DNA of 64,000 nt from positions 213,961 through 277,960 of the forward strand of contig CAWGVP010000006.1 of assembly GCA_963826065.1 (NCBI GenBank), in the 5' to 3' direction. Shown here piece by piece: positions 49,604 to 59,451 of the stretch. Under the pieces are notes generated by a model, which worked only from the letters and a program-made list of their open reading frames with translations, was not told where the DNA came from and searched no databases. The DNA comes from an uncultured Gemmatimonadales bacterium. Lineage in GTDB: Bacteria; Gemmatimonadota; Gemmatimonadetes; Gemmatimonadales; GWC2-71-9. The first letter of the stretch is position 1; every line of letters begins with the position of its first letter. The translations under genes were made by a program, and so were the position numbers.

Positions 49604-49676
49604 TGCCCCTTGGTGTAACTGGCAACACGCCTGACTCTGGATCAGGAGAGTCCTGGTTCGAGCCCAGGAGGGGCAA
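49604..49676 (+). tRNA. tRNA-Gln (CTG)
   Basis: TGCCCCT/AGGGGCA acceptor; anticodon arm CCTGA-CT-CTG-GA-TCAGG; GTTCGAG T-loop. Confidence 0.97.
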
Positions 49677-49680
49677 CTCG

Positions 49681-49714
49681 AAGGTCCGATTCCACTTCGT
49701 GGGTCGGGCCTTTT
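49681..49714 (+). terminator. Intrinsic terminator after the tRNA pair
   Basis: AGGTCCGAT..CCAC-ttc-GTGG.GTCGGGCCT stem followed by a T-rich tract. Confidence 0.75.
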
Positions 49715-49872
49715 CGTTTCTGCGCCCGCTGCTACCGCTTCTGCTACAGTCTCTGCCCTGGCTTGTCTCGGAGCCCGCTATGTCATCGGCTCAATGCAGG
49801 ATTGCGATCAGGCTTCACTGGCTTGACAGCCCTGTTCCAGGAGCTTCGACTCGCGCCCACCATACCGCGGCC

Positions 49873-52836
49873 TCACTCCACACGGAGCCGCGCGAGCCCT
49901 TCCCGCGCTTCCGCCAAGTAGGGCAGCAGCTCCCGATCTGGTCGGTGCCAAGCTGCCACCACGAAGCCATAGCACTCGGCCGCCTTCCGCGTGTCCCCGA
50001 GCCGTTCGGCGATGCGGCCGAGCTCGAGCGTGGCGAGAACGAAGACCGGCGAGCCGCGATCCTGCCATCGCCAGCGTTCCAGCAATTCGCCGGCGCGTCG
50101 ATCGTCCCCGCGGGCCGCGAGGAGTCGCGCCAGGGTCAGGTTCAGGTGGAAGCAATTCGCGGCGAAGTCGTCGGCCAGGCAGAGCGTGTCCGGGATCGCG
50201 CTCAGCTTGCGGATCGCCGCCGCGGAATCGCCCCGCGCCAGATCGAGGAAGGCGACACTCGTCTCGCCGAGCAGCCGGGCCCGGAGAGCCGCGCGCGGCC
50301 CTCCGGGCGCCCGCGCCGTCCGAGCCGCCTGGGTGCCGAAGCGTGCCAGGGCCGCCGTGTCTCCGCGCGACAGCCACCAGGGTAACCCCCTCAAGTGACG
50401 GGGCGTGAAGAAGCCCCCCCAGGCAGCCTCTGCCTCGAGAGCACGATCGAAGGTCGCGCGGGCCAGCGAGTCCGGTACGATCCCGAGCAGACCGAGATCC
50501 ACCAGGGGGTCTAGGAACCAGCTAAACGCCGAGGCGGAAGGCTGACGCAGCAGGCGCTCATTGACCGCGAGGGCCTCGCGCAGGTGGCCGCGGAACGCGA
50601 GCGCGTGCCCCAGGTACCGCGGCCACATGACCGAGTCGAGGACCCAGGCAGGGCCACCACCGTCGCCTCGGCCCGGCTCCCCGAGGCGACGCAGCATCCG
50701 GATCGCGGTCTCGGCCGTGTCGGGCCAGGATGCAAGCTGCTGGTTGATCGCGGCGCTATAGATGGTGTTGACCGATGCCGTGTCGAGCATCCGCTCCGCC
50801 TCGGCTCTGCCGCCTGGACTTGGATCCAGCAACAGCGCCGCCAGGCGGATTTCGGATCGGTCCGGCGAGGTCGAGTCGAGCGCCAGGTAGGTAGCTGCGG
50901 AACGCCGGGCCTCGTCCGGACGTCCCAGAGCCAGGAACAGTGCCGGCAGATGCTCGTAGGCCGGCCCGAAGCCCGGATCCAGCGCGATTGCGCGGGCGAA
51001 CGCGTCCATTGCCGTGGACGGGGGCGTCTGAATGGGCCACGGCGCGTCATGGCGCTCCTCGCCGAGCCCGTACCACAGCAGGGGGTCATCGGGATACCGG
51101 CGCACGGCCTCCTCCACCGCGGCCTGCGCTCCGAATATCAGGCGCACAAACGAGTCGGGGTCCGCCGACTTCAGCCCCGCAAGTCTGAGCGAGTCCGAGG
51201 CGATCACCAGGCTCTCGCGCGCCGGGAGACCGTGATTGTGGAGGGCCGCACGCCAATAGTATTCCTCGCGGGGCCGGTACGCGCCCGCGGTCGGCGGTCT
51301 CCAGCCGAGCACAGTGCCCATCTGTGAGAGCGCGAGCGCGAAGGTGCTGTCGGCGGCTATGGCCTGATCGTACCGCGTAAGCGCGGAATCCCACTGCCCG
51401 CGTCGATAGAACTGTTCACCCTGGAGGAATGCCTTGAGTGCCGGAAGCGACCTCGCACCGATCGATGTGGAGCGGACAGACCCGATCGGCCGGCTCCGCG
51501 AGAGCACCCGCAGGACCTTGATTCCGAGGGAGTCGGCAAGCTCGCCTATCCGAGTGGCCTCACCCACCACCTCCACATCGCTCTTGGCCGTCCTGCCACC
51601 TCGTTCGAGGAGGGCGGCGCGGAGCGTCACCGAGTCCCGGCCCTGCGGCACCACCGCTCCGTAGACCACCAGTCCCGCGCCGGTCCGACGGCTCAGCTCG
51701 TGGGCGGAGGCCTCATCGGCTCGTCCGCTCCAGCGTCGGAGCACGACCGTCGGTGAGACCGTGCGGATCGGACCCGCGCCGTCGAGCGTGCGTGAGAGAA
51801 TGTCCCCGAGCCCCTCCCCCCAGAGCTGCAGCGACGGATCGAGCACGTCGAACGGCGCAACCGCGAGGAGGTTCGGATCGCGCACGCGCTCGGGCTCGGG
51901 GCGGAGGCCTGAATAGAGACCAACGAGGGCCGCCGCGATCAGGAGGCCACCCAGGGCTGCAAGAAGGCCCCGCTGCACGAAGGGCCGCGCGCTCGTCCGA
52001 GTGTCGCTCGCCGCGGCCTCCAGCGCCCGCGCGAAAGCCGGCGCGTCCGCGAACCGGTCCGCCGGTGCGCGCGCCAGTGCCTGCCGGATGACGCGCTCGA
52101 CCGGTCGCGGGACGTCACGCACCGTGCAGAGGTCGGGCACGGGACCCGCCAGCCGGCGGGCGACGATGGCCTGGGCCGTCCGCCCCGTGAACGGCGGCTC
52201 GCCCGCGAGCATCTCGTACACCACGCACCCGAGCGAGTAGATGTCGCTGCGAGGGTCGAGGTGGCGGTCGGCCACGGCCTGCTCGGGACTCATGTAGGCG
52301 GGCGTGCCCAGCGCGAGGCCGGTCTCCGTCAGGCGCTCGCCGGCGGCGTCCACGGCGCGGGCGACGCCGAAGTCGGCGAGCACACAGCGCTCACCCTGGA
52401 GCAGGATGTTCTCCGGCTTGACGTCGCGATGGATGATGCCCTGCTGTTGGGCATATCCCAGGGCGTCGGCCACCGCCCGGGTGATCCGCAGCGCGTCCGC
52501 CAGCGGGAGCTGGGGCTCGCGCGCCAGGCGGCTCCGGAGCGACTCGCCCTCCACGTAAGGCATGGTGAACCAGAGCCGGCCGGCCGTCTCACCGGAGTCG
52601 TGAACCGGGAGGATGTGCGGGTGGTCGAGCCGGGCGGCGAGCCGGATCTCCCGGATGAACCGCTCGGGGCCCAGCGCATGGGCCAGCTCGGGATGGAGGA
52701 CCTTGAGGGCGACGGGGCGGTCATGACGGAGATCGCGGGCGAGATAGACCGTGGCCATGCCGCCACGGCCGAGCTCGCGCTCGAGCAGGTAGCGGTCGGC
52801 CAGGGCGGCCTTGAGCCCTTCGAGGGTCTGGGTCAC
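49873..52836 (-). CDS. Ser/Thr protein kinase with TM, TolB_N-like and TPR-like regions (paralog 1)
   Basis: GRGGMATV, HRDVKPEN, DFG, GTPAYMSPE; LAVAPF; AFLQGEQFYR. Confidence 0.93.
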   Translation of the reverse strand: MTQTLEGLKAALADRYLLERELGRGGMATVYLARDLRHDRPVALKVLHPELAHALGPERFIREIRLAARLDHPHILPVHDSGETAGRLWFTMPYVEGESLRSRLAREPQLPLADALRITRAVADALGYAQQQGIIHRDVKPENILLQGERCVLADFGVARAVDAAGERLTETGLALGTPAYMSPEQAVADRHLDPRSDIYSLGCVVYEMLAGEPPFTGRTAQAIVARRLAGPVPDLCTVRDVPRPVERVIRQALARAPADRFADAPAFARALEAAASDTRTSARPFVQRGLLAALGGLLIAAALVGLYSGLRPEPERVRDPNLLAVAPFDVLDPSLQLWGEGLGDILSRTLDGAGPIRTVSPTVVLRRWSGRADEASAHELSRRTGAGLVVYGAVVPQGRDSVTLRAALLERGGRTAKSDVEVVGEATRIGELADSLGIKVLRVLSRSRPIGSVRSTSIGARSLPALKAFLQGEQFYRRGQWDSALTRYDQAIAADSTFALALSQMGTVLGWRPPTAGAYRPREEYYWRAALHNHGLPARESLVIASDSLRLAGLKSADPDSFVRLIFGAQAAVEEAVRRYPDDPLLWYGLGEERHDAPWPIQTPPSTAMDAFARAIALDPGFGPAYEHLPALFLALGRPDEARRSAATYLALDSTSPDRSEIRLAALLLDPSPGGRAEAERMLDTASVNTIYSAAINQQLASWPDTAETAIRMLRRLGEPGRGDGGGPAWVLDSVMWPRYLGHALAFRGHLREALAVNERLLRQPSASAFSWFLDPLVDLGLLGIVPDSLARATFDRALEAEAAWGGFFTPRHLRGLPWWLSRGDTAALARFGTQAARTARAPGGPRAALRARLLGETSVAFLDLARGDSAAAIRKLSAIPDTLCLADDFAANCFHLNLTLARLLAARGDDRRAGELLERWRWQDRGSPVFVLATLELGRIAERLGDTRKAAECYGFVVAAWHRPDRELLPYLAEAREGLARLRVE
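52005..52815. repeat. About 811-bp near-identical direct repeat, copy 1 (kinase domain)
   Basis: Matches 58410-59220 at offset 6405; about 3 substitutions seen by eye. Confidence 0.93.
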
Positions 52837-52892
52837 GGAGAGATACCAGATCGGGATATCCCAAGCCTACAGCCACAGCCCACCAACGGGGG

Positions 52893-55800
52893 CTAGAAGT
52901 TCAGCTCGAAGCCGAGCCGCATGCGCCGCGGCTCACCGGTGAAGTTGTGCTCACCGCGAATCGTGTCATAGACCGCGTCCGACGCGGCCCGCTGCTCGTC
53001 AAGCGTGTAGAGTCCGTCGCCGTTGCCCCAGCGCTGCTCGGCCCGGATCAGGTAGACACAATTCGGCGCGGCCGGCAGGCCGTCCTGCGTGACCCAGCCT
53101 GCGCACCCCGCCCGCGAGTCGTCGATGCCGCCGAAGGTGAGATCGATGGTGCCGTCCTCGGACACGTCGACCCCCGAGCGAACGGCCTCATCGCGATTAT
53201 CCTCCGCGTTGACGGCAAAGTGGTCCTCGCGCTCGGCCGCGTTGACGATGTCGTCGGTCTGGGTGAAGACCTGGAGGATGTTGCGGAAGTTCAGCGCGTT
53301 CCGCGCGTCCAGGTAAGCGGTGACGTCGAGGCCGCCGAGGCCGAAGCCTTTGGTGAGCCTGAGGTCGAGCTGCCGGAAGGCGGGCAGCCGCGCGCCGTTG
53401 AGGCTCTCGGGGAACACGCGGTTGCAGCTGTCGCCCGACACGACGCTCTGGTCACTCACGCCCGGGCTGCAGCGGGTGTACGGTGTGCCGCTGGCGTACC
53501 GGAAGGTGGCGAACACACCCACCTTCCGGAAGATCGAGCCCACCGCGGTTCCCTCATTCCAGTCGTCGGGGAAGTTGAGCGCCGCGGCGGCGGCCAGCGT
53601 GTGCGGACGGCTGAAGTCGGTCGGCAGGATCGCCTGTGGAGGCGGCTGGTTGCCGCCCGACAGCGCGTTCAGGACCCGCGAGCCGAAGTCGATGTAGGTC
53701 TCCGGATCGGAGCCGGTGTTCTTGGCGTCCTGGAAGGTGTAGGCCAGGGTGCCGTTGAACAGGTTGCCGAAACGGCGGTCGAGGCGGACGTCGATGCCCC
53801 GGGTGTTGCCGAAGTCCGCGTTGGTGATCATGCGGATGTTCACGTTCGAGCCGGAGGTCGGGTCGGGCATGGGGATCAGGCGCCCCGCCGCGTTGGACAG
53901 GTTGTTCTTGTTGTACGCGGCCAGGTCTAGCACCATGTCGTCGCTGAACGCGTGCCGGATGCCGAACTCGAAGGTGATGGTCTTGCCGAAATCGAGGTCG
54001 GAGCCGAACACGGTGTTGGTGTTGCCACTCAGGTTCACGTCGGTGTTGATGCTATTGTAGACCACCGCGAAGTCGGGCACCTGCACCTGGTGGGCGTAGC
54101 TCAGCCGGAAGTTGGTCCGGTCGGTTACCGGGAACGACACCTGCACGTGCGGGCTGAGGTAGCCGTGGCTCTCGTCCTCCACCCACAAGGTCGGGTCGTT
54201 GAAGAACGAGTCGGCCCCTAAGTTTACGTAGACCGGGTGCGTGTTGATCACCGGGAAGGTGGCGGGCCGGAAAGCGCGGCTGTGATACCAGTCGTACCGG
54301 AGGCCGCCGACCAGCACTAAGTCACCGAGGTCCAGCCGGTCCTCGACGAAGGCGTTCCAGCGGATCGGCCGCTCGATGTACGCCTCGGAGAAGATCTGGT
54401 CGTCCAGGAAATGGGAGTATGCCTTGATGGTGTACCGGGTGAACTCGCCGCCCAGCTTGACCCGGTTGAAGCGGTCCACCTGCCAGTCGAGGTTGGCCTT
54501 CCCGAGGTACCGGCGCTCATGGTACATGTTGAGCCGGGTGGTGGTCCCACCGCCGATGCCGCTCTCGAAGAACTGGAGGTCGGCGCCGTCGGAGCCGCGG
54601 TTGTAGAGGCCGTACGCGTTGTTCCGGAAGGCGTCCACCGCGGCATACTGGGCACGGTTCTCCAGATCGAGCGGCGAGCGCCGGCTGCCGGGGACACTGT
54701 TCCGGAAGTTGTTGATCAGCTCCTCGTTGATAGGGAAATTGTCGAAGTCGAAGAGGTGATCGATCGGCGAGATGAGGAAGCCGCCGAAGGCGTCACGGGA
54801 ATCGAGCTCGCCCTCCCGCGTCATCGGCCCCGAGAGCGTATTGTCCGCCTGGTAGGAGAGGAAGGTCTCCAGCGCCAGGGCCCGCTCAGCCGACTTGCTC
54901 ACGTTCTGGGTCCAGTTGAGCGTCAGATTCCGGCTGTAGTTCCGGAACGCGAGCAGCCCGTCCGGATTGTACAGGTTGCCGTAGGTGAGGGTCCGGCCGA
55001 TCAGGTCCCGATTCTGCACGAAGGTGCGGCCCTGGAACTGGCTGGCGAGCCCGGTGAGCGAGACCCGGCTCCCGGTGCCGTAGCTGTAGTTGAGCCGCCC
55101 CTGGATGTTGTACGTGGTCCGGGGCGAGTACGGCGTCCGGATGCCCTGGCAGTCCACGCCGTAGTTATTGGCGATCTCGGGGTCGGCGCTGCCGGCGAAG
55201 GCGTCGCAGTCACCCCGGAACGCCGCGAGGTTGTACACCGGGACCATCGTGGTGTCCGCGGTCGGATCGCCCAACGCCGAGGGGACGGCGACGACGGTGT
55301 CAACGCCCGCCTGCACAAAGATCGGCACCTGGTCGGCGTCGAACCCGGTGACCACCGAGCGCTGCCCCTCCAGCGCGCCGGACACGAAGAACGAGAGATT
55401 CTGATAGACCGGCCCCCCGAAGCTGCCCTGGAACCGGTTGAAGCCGTAGCCGTTCTTGACCCCGAACGGCTCGTCGGTCTCATAGCCGAAGTTGCCGCTG
55501 TAGCGGGTGCCGCCCGCGCGGGTCTGCACCGCCACGATGCCGGACTGCGCGTTGCCGAACTCGGCCGACGACGACCCGGTGGTGACCGACGCCTCTTCCA
55601 GCGCGTTGGTGCCGACCGCGATCTCGGTGCCCGCGGAGGTGGCGAATCCGAAGCCCCGGAAGCCCGGCGACACCGGCACGCCGTCCACGTAGGTCGCCGC
55701 CTCGTCGGTGCGGCCGCCCCGGATCGACAGGGTGTTGGTGGTCGGGCTCGCCACCACGCCCGGCTGCAGCGCCAGGACGTTGTTGAGCCGGTCGACCGGG

Positions 55801-56243
55801 AGATTGTCGGTGAAGGCGCCGTCGATGCGCTGCTTGGAGGTGACCTCGTCGCGCGGCACCAGCGGCTGCGTCTGGGTGACCACGGTGATTTCCTGCAGCT
55901 CGACCGCGGTCTGCTCCAGCTGGATGTCCACCGTGCCGGTCTGGCCGCTCAACACCCGGACGCCGTCCACCTGGGTCGACTTGTACCCGATAAACGCCGC
56001 GCGGACCGAGATGTCGCCCGGCGGCACGTTGTTGATGAAGTAATAGCCCTGCGGGTTGGTCAGGGCGTTGAACGCCGTGCCCGCGATGAACACCTGGGCG
56101 TTGGCGATGGGGGCGCCCGCCTGATCGCGCACCCGGCCCTCGATCTTACCAGTCGTCTGCGCCGCGAGCGTTCCCCCTCCGAGCGCAAGCCCGATTGCGG
56201 CGAGCACTGCCCGTCCGAAGGAGCTAACACGGTCTGGTCTCAT
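52893..56243 (-). CDS. TonB-dependent receptor with carboxypeptidase-regulatory-like N-terminus
   Basis: Signal peptide, TTGKIEGRVRD, plug LQPGV...IRGGR..E...YVDG, GLRYD, C-terminal RLGFELNF; RBS GGAGGA. Confidence 0.93.
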   Translation of the reverse strand: MRPDRVSSFGRAVLAAIGLALGGGTLAAQTTGKIEGRVRDQAGAPIANAQVFIAGTAFNALTNPQGYYFINNVPPGDISVRAAFIGYKSTQVDGVRVLSGQTGTVDIQLEQTAVELQEITVVTQTQPLVPRDEVTSKQRIDGAFTDNLPVDRLNNVLALQPGVVASPTTNTLSIRGGRTDEAATYVDGVPVSPGFRGFGFATSAGTEIAVGTNALEEASVTTGSSSAEFGNAQSGIVAVQTRAGGTRYSGNFGYETDEPFGVKNGYGFNRFQGSFGGPVYQNLSFFVSGALEGQRSVVTGFDADQVPIFVQAGVDTVVAVPSALGDPTADTTMVPVYNLAAFRGDCDAFAGSADPEIANNYGVDCQGIRTPYSPRTTYNIQGRLNYSYGTGSRVSLTGLASQFQGRTFVQNRDLIGRTLTYGNLYNPDGLLAFRNYSRNLTLNWTQNVSKSAERALALETFLSYQADNTLSGPMTREGELDSRDAFGGFLISPIDHLFDFDNFPINEELINNFRNSVPGSRRSPLDLENRAQYAAVDAFRNNAYGLYNRGSDGADLQFFESGIGGGTTTRLNMYHERRYLGKANLDWQVDRFNRVKLGGEFTRYTIKAYSHFLDDQIFSEAYIERPIRWNAFVEDRLDLGDLVLVGGLRYDWYHSRAFRPATFPVINTHPVYVNLGADSFFNDPTLWVEDESHGYLSPHVQVSFPVTDRTNFRLSYAHQVQVPDFAVVYNSINTDVNLSGNTNTVFGSDLDFGKTITFEFGIRHAFSDDMVLDLAAYNKNNLSNAAGRLIPMPDPTSGSNVNIRMITNADFGNTRGIDVRLDRRFGNLFNGTLAYTFQDAKNTGSDPETYIDFGSRVLNALSGGNQPPPQAILPTDFSRPHTLAAAAALNFPDDWNEGTAVGSIFRKVGVFATFRYASGTPYTRCSPGVSDQSVVSGDSCNRVFPESLNGARLPAFRQLDLRLTKGFGLGGLDVTAYLDARNALNFRNILQVFTQTDDIVNAAEREDHFAVNAEDNRDEAVRSGVDVSEDGTIDLTFGGIDDSRAGCAGWVTQDGLPAAPNCVYLIRAEQRWGNGDGLYTLDEQRAASDAVYDTIRGEHNFTGEPRRMRLGFELNF

Positions 56244-56277
56244 CGGTACGTCCTCCGCTAGGGCGGCCTCAGATGAT

Positions 56278-59241
56278 TCACTCCCCGCCGAGCCGCGCCA
56301 GCCCTTCCCGCGCTTCCGCCACGTAGGGCAGCAGCTCCTGATCTGCTCGGTGCCAAGCTGCCGCCACGAAGCCATAGCACTCGGCCGCTTTCCGCCTGTC
56401 CCCGAGCCGTTCGGCGATTCGGCCCAGCTCGAGAGTGGCGAGGACGAACGACGGCGTGCCGTCCCCGCTCCACCGCCAGCGGTCCAGCAACGCGCCGGCC
56501 TGCCGATCCTCACCGCGAGTCGCCAGGAGCCGCGCCAGCGTCAGGTTCAGGTGGAAGCAGGTGCCGGCGCCGTCCGCCAGGCAGAGCGTGTCGGGAATCG
56601 CGCTCAGTTTCCGAATCGCCGCTGTGGAATCGCCCCGCGCCAGATCGATGAAGGCGACGCTCGTCTCTCCGAGCAGCCGAGCACGCAGGGCCGCGCGCGG
56701 GGTGGGAGGTGCCCGCCCCGCGCGAGCCGCGCGGGCGGCGAAGCGTGCCAGGGCCGCCGTGTCGCCCCGCGACAGCCACCACGGCAGTCCCCGCAAGTGA
56801 CGTGGCGGATACTCGTCGGCCCAGCCGGCGGCCGACTCCAGGGAGCGTCCGTAGGTGGCGCGGGCCAGCGAATCCGGTACGATCCCGAGCAGGCTGAGGT
56901 CGTGAAACGTGTCGAACCAAAGGCTCCACGGCGAGGCGGACGGCTGGCGCAGCAGGCGCTCATTGGCCGCGAAGGCCTCGCGCAGGTGGCCGCGAAACGC
57001 GAGCGCGTGAGCCAGGTACTTCGGCCACGAGACCGAGTCGAGGACCCACGGAACGCTTCCACCGGCGCCTCGGCCCGGCTCGCCGAGGCGCCGCAGCAGC
57101 CGGATCGCGGTCTCGGCCGTGTCGGTCCAAGAGGAGAGCTGGTTGAACGCAGCGCCCCAGACGGTGTAGACCGATGCCGTGTCGAGCATCCGCTCCGCCT
57201 CGGCCCTGGCGGTCGCACTCGAGTCAAGCAACAGCGCCGCCAGGCGGATTTCGGATCTGTACTGAGCGGTCGAGTCGAGGGCCAGGTAGGTAGCCGCGGA
57301 ACGCCGGGCCTCGTCAGGCCGACCCAGGGCCAGGTACAGTGCCGGCATATGCTCGTAGGCCGGGCCGAACCCCGGATCCAGCGTGATCGCCCGGGCGAAG
57401 GCCTCGAGCGACACGGCCGGCGGCACCGCGATAGGCCACGCGTTGTGCGCCACCAAGCGCCATTCCCCGAGCAAATACCAGCCCTTGGGATCCTCCGGGT
57501 AGCGGCGGACCACCTCCTCCACTGCCGCTACCGCACGGAATTTCATGCGGGCATACTCCTCCGGCTCCGTCATGTCTTCCGCCGCGAGTTCGAAGGAGTC
57601 GGCGGCGATCAGGAGACTATCCCGCGGGGGAAGCCCGTGGTTGTGGAGGATCGCGCGCCTCCGGTACTCCTCTTGTGGCCGATATGCGCCTGAGGTCGGC
57701 GGGTACCAGCCGAGCACCGCGTCCATCTGGGTCAGCGCCAGCGCAAACGTGCTGTCGGCGGCGATCGCCTGGTCGTACCGGGTGAGCGCCGAGTCCCACT
57801 GCCCCCGCCGGTAGAACTGTTCGCCCTGGAGGAATGCTTTCAGCGCGGGCAGCGACGTCGAGCCGATCGACGTCCGGCGGACCGAGCCGATCGCCCGGCT
57901 GGACGAGAGCACTCGCAGCGCCCGGATGCCCAGCGAGTCGGCGAGCTCGTCGATTCGGGCCGCCTCGCCCGAGACCTCGATGTCCGTCTTTGCCATTCCG
58001 CCGCTGCGATCGAGCAGGGCGGCGCGGAGCGTCACCGAGTCCCGCCCCCGCGGCGCCACGGCCCCGTAGACGACCAGCCCCGCCCCGGTGCGGCGGCCCA
58101 GCTCCTCGGCGGAGGCCGGATCGGCGCGGCCGCTCCAGCGCCGGAGCACCACGCTCGGCGACACCGTGCGGATCGGGCCCGCCCCGTCGAGCGTGCGGGA
58201 AAGCACATCGCCCATGCCCTCCCGCCAAACCTCGAGTGACGGCTCCAGCACCTCGAATGGGGCGACCGCGAGCAGGTTGGCGTCGCGGGCGACTTCGGCG
58301 GGAGGCCGGCCGCGCAGCCAGATAGCGGCGCCGGCGAGCGCGACCAGGAGCACCGCCGCCGCGGCGAGCAGACCTCGTCGAACGGTGGGGCCCACAGCCG
58401 CGCGGGGCGCGCTCGCCGCGGCCTCCAGCGCCCGCGCGAAAGCCGGCGCGTCCGCGAACCGGTCCGCCGGTGCGCGCGCCAGTGCCTGCCGGATGACGCG
58501 CTCGACCGGTCGCGGGACGTCACGCACCGTGCAGAGGTCGGGCACGGGACCCGCCAGCCGGCGGGCGACGATGGCCTGGGCCGTCCGCCCCGTGAACGGC
58601 GGCTCGCCCGCGAGCATCTCGTACACCACGCACCCGAGCGAGTAGATGTCGCTGCGAGGGTCGAGGTGGCGGTCGGCCACGGCCTGCTCGGGACTCATGT
58701 AGGCGGGCGTGCCCAGCGCGAGGCCGGTCTCCGTCAGGCGCTCGCCGGCGGCGTCCACGGCGCGGGCGACGCCGAAGTCGGCGAGCACACAGCGCTCGCC
58801 CTGGAGCAGGATGTTCTCCGGCTTGACGTCGCGATGGATGATGCCCTGCCGTTGGGCATATCCCAGGGCGTCGGCCACCGCCCGGGTGATCCGCAGCGCG
58901 TCCGCCAGCGGGAGCTGGGGCTCGCGCGCCAGGCGGCTCCGGAGCGACTCGCCCTCCACGTAAGGCATGGTGAACCAGAGCCGGCCGGCCGTCTCACCGG
59001 AGTCGTGAACCGGGAGGATGTGCGGGTGGTCGAGCCGGGCGGCGAGCCGGATCTCCCGGATGAACCGCTCGGGGCCCAGCGCATGGGCCAGCTCGGGATG
59101 GAGGACCTTGAGGGCGACGGGGCGGTCATGACGGAGATCGCGGGCGAGATAGACCGTGGCCATGCCGCCACGGCCGAGCTCGCGCTCGAGCAGGTAGCGG
59201 TCGGCCAGGGTGGCCTTGAGACTTTCTGGGGTCTCGCTCAG
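56278..59241 (-). CDS. Ser/Thr protein kinase with TM, TolB_N-like and TPR-like regions (paralog 2; probable CTG start)
   Basis: Same motifs as paralog 1; alignment places the start at CTG 59241, since ATG 59163 falls inside the Gly-rich loop. Confidence 0.9.
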   Translation of the reverse strand: MSETPESLKATLADRYLLERELGRGGMATVYLARDLRHDRPVALKVLHPELAHALGPERFIREIRLAARLDHPHILPVHDSGETAGRLWFTMPYVEGESLRSRLAREPQLPLADALRITRAVADALGYAQRQGIIHRDVKPENILLQGERCVLADFGVARAVDAAGERLTETGLALGTPAYMSPEQAVADRHLDPRSDIYSLGCVVYEMLAGEPPFTGRTAQAIVARRLAGPVPDLCTVRDVPRPVERVIRQALARAPADRFADAPAFARALEAAASAPRAAVGPTVRRGLLAAAAVLLVALAGAAIWLRGRPPAEVARDANLLAVAPFEVLEPSLEVWREGMGDVLSRTLDGAGPIRTVSPSVVLRRWSGRADPASAEELGRRTGAGLVVYGAVAPRGRDSVTLRAALLDRSGGMAKTDIEVSGEAARIDELADSLGIRALRVLSSSRAIGSVRRTSIGSTSLPALKAFLQGEQFYRRGQWDSALTRYDQAIAADSTFALALTQMDAVLGWYPPTSGAYRPQEEYRRRAILHNHGLPPRDSLLIAADSFELAAEDMTEPEEYARMKFRAVAAVEEVVRRYPEDPKGWYLLGEWRLVAHNAWPIAVPPAVSLEAFARAITLDPGFGPAYEHMPALYLALGRPDEARRSAATYLALDSTAQYRSEIRLAALLLDSSATARAEAERMLDTASVYTVWGAAFNQLSSWTDTAETAIRLLRRLGEPGRGAGGSVPWVLDSVSWPKYLAHALAFRGHLREAFAANERLLRQPSASPWSLWFDTFHDLSLLGIVPDSLARATYGRSLESAAGWADEYPPRHLRGLPWWLSRGDTAALARFAARAARAGRAPPTPRAALRARLLGETSVAFIDLARGDSTAAIRKLSAIPDTLCLADGAGTCFHLNLTLARLLATRGEDRQAGALLDRWRWSGDGTPSFVLATLELGRIAERLGDRRKAAECYGFVAAAWHRADQELLPYVAEAREGLARLGGE
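58410..59220. repeat. About 811-bp near-identical direct repeat, copy 2 (kinase domain)
   Basis: Matches 52005-52815. Confidence 0.93.
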
Positions 59242-59451
59242 AGAGACCTAGCGGTATCGGGTTGCTTCTAGGCTATACCCGGAGTCGTTCTTGAGCCAGA
59301 GTCCGCCGTCAACTGCTCCGTTTCTGCTACAGTTTCTCCAGGCAGTATCGGGCGTTTTTTGGTGGGAGCCCGACGCTTGACAGCCGAAAGTCATGTCCTG
59401 GTATGTTCTCCTTGTAGACTCATCATCACTTACCACGCCACGCGCCTCGCC

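Noticed and set aside
52005-59220. Kinase repeat pair as a DGR template/variable repeat or composite-transposon ends
   Set aside because: Only about 3 differences, both copies coding, and no reverse transcriptase or transposase in the window
59390-59420. Possible LexA box upstream of dinB
   Set aside because: Only one GTTC half-site; does not fit GTTC-N7-GTTC, GAAC-N4-GTTC or CTGT-N8-ACAG
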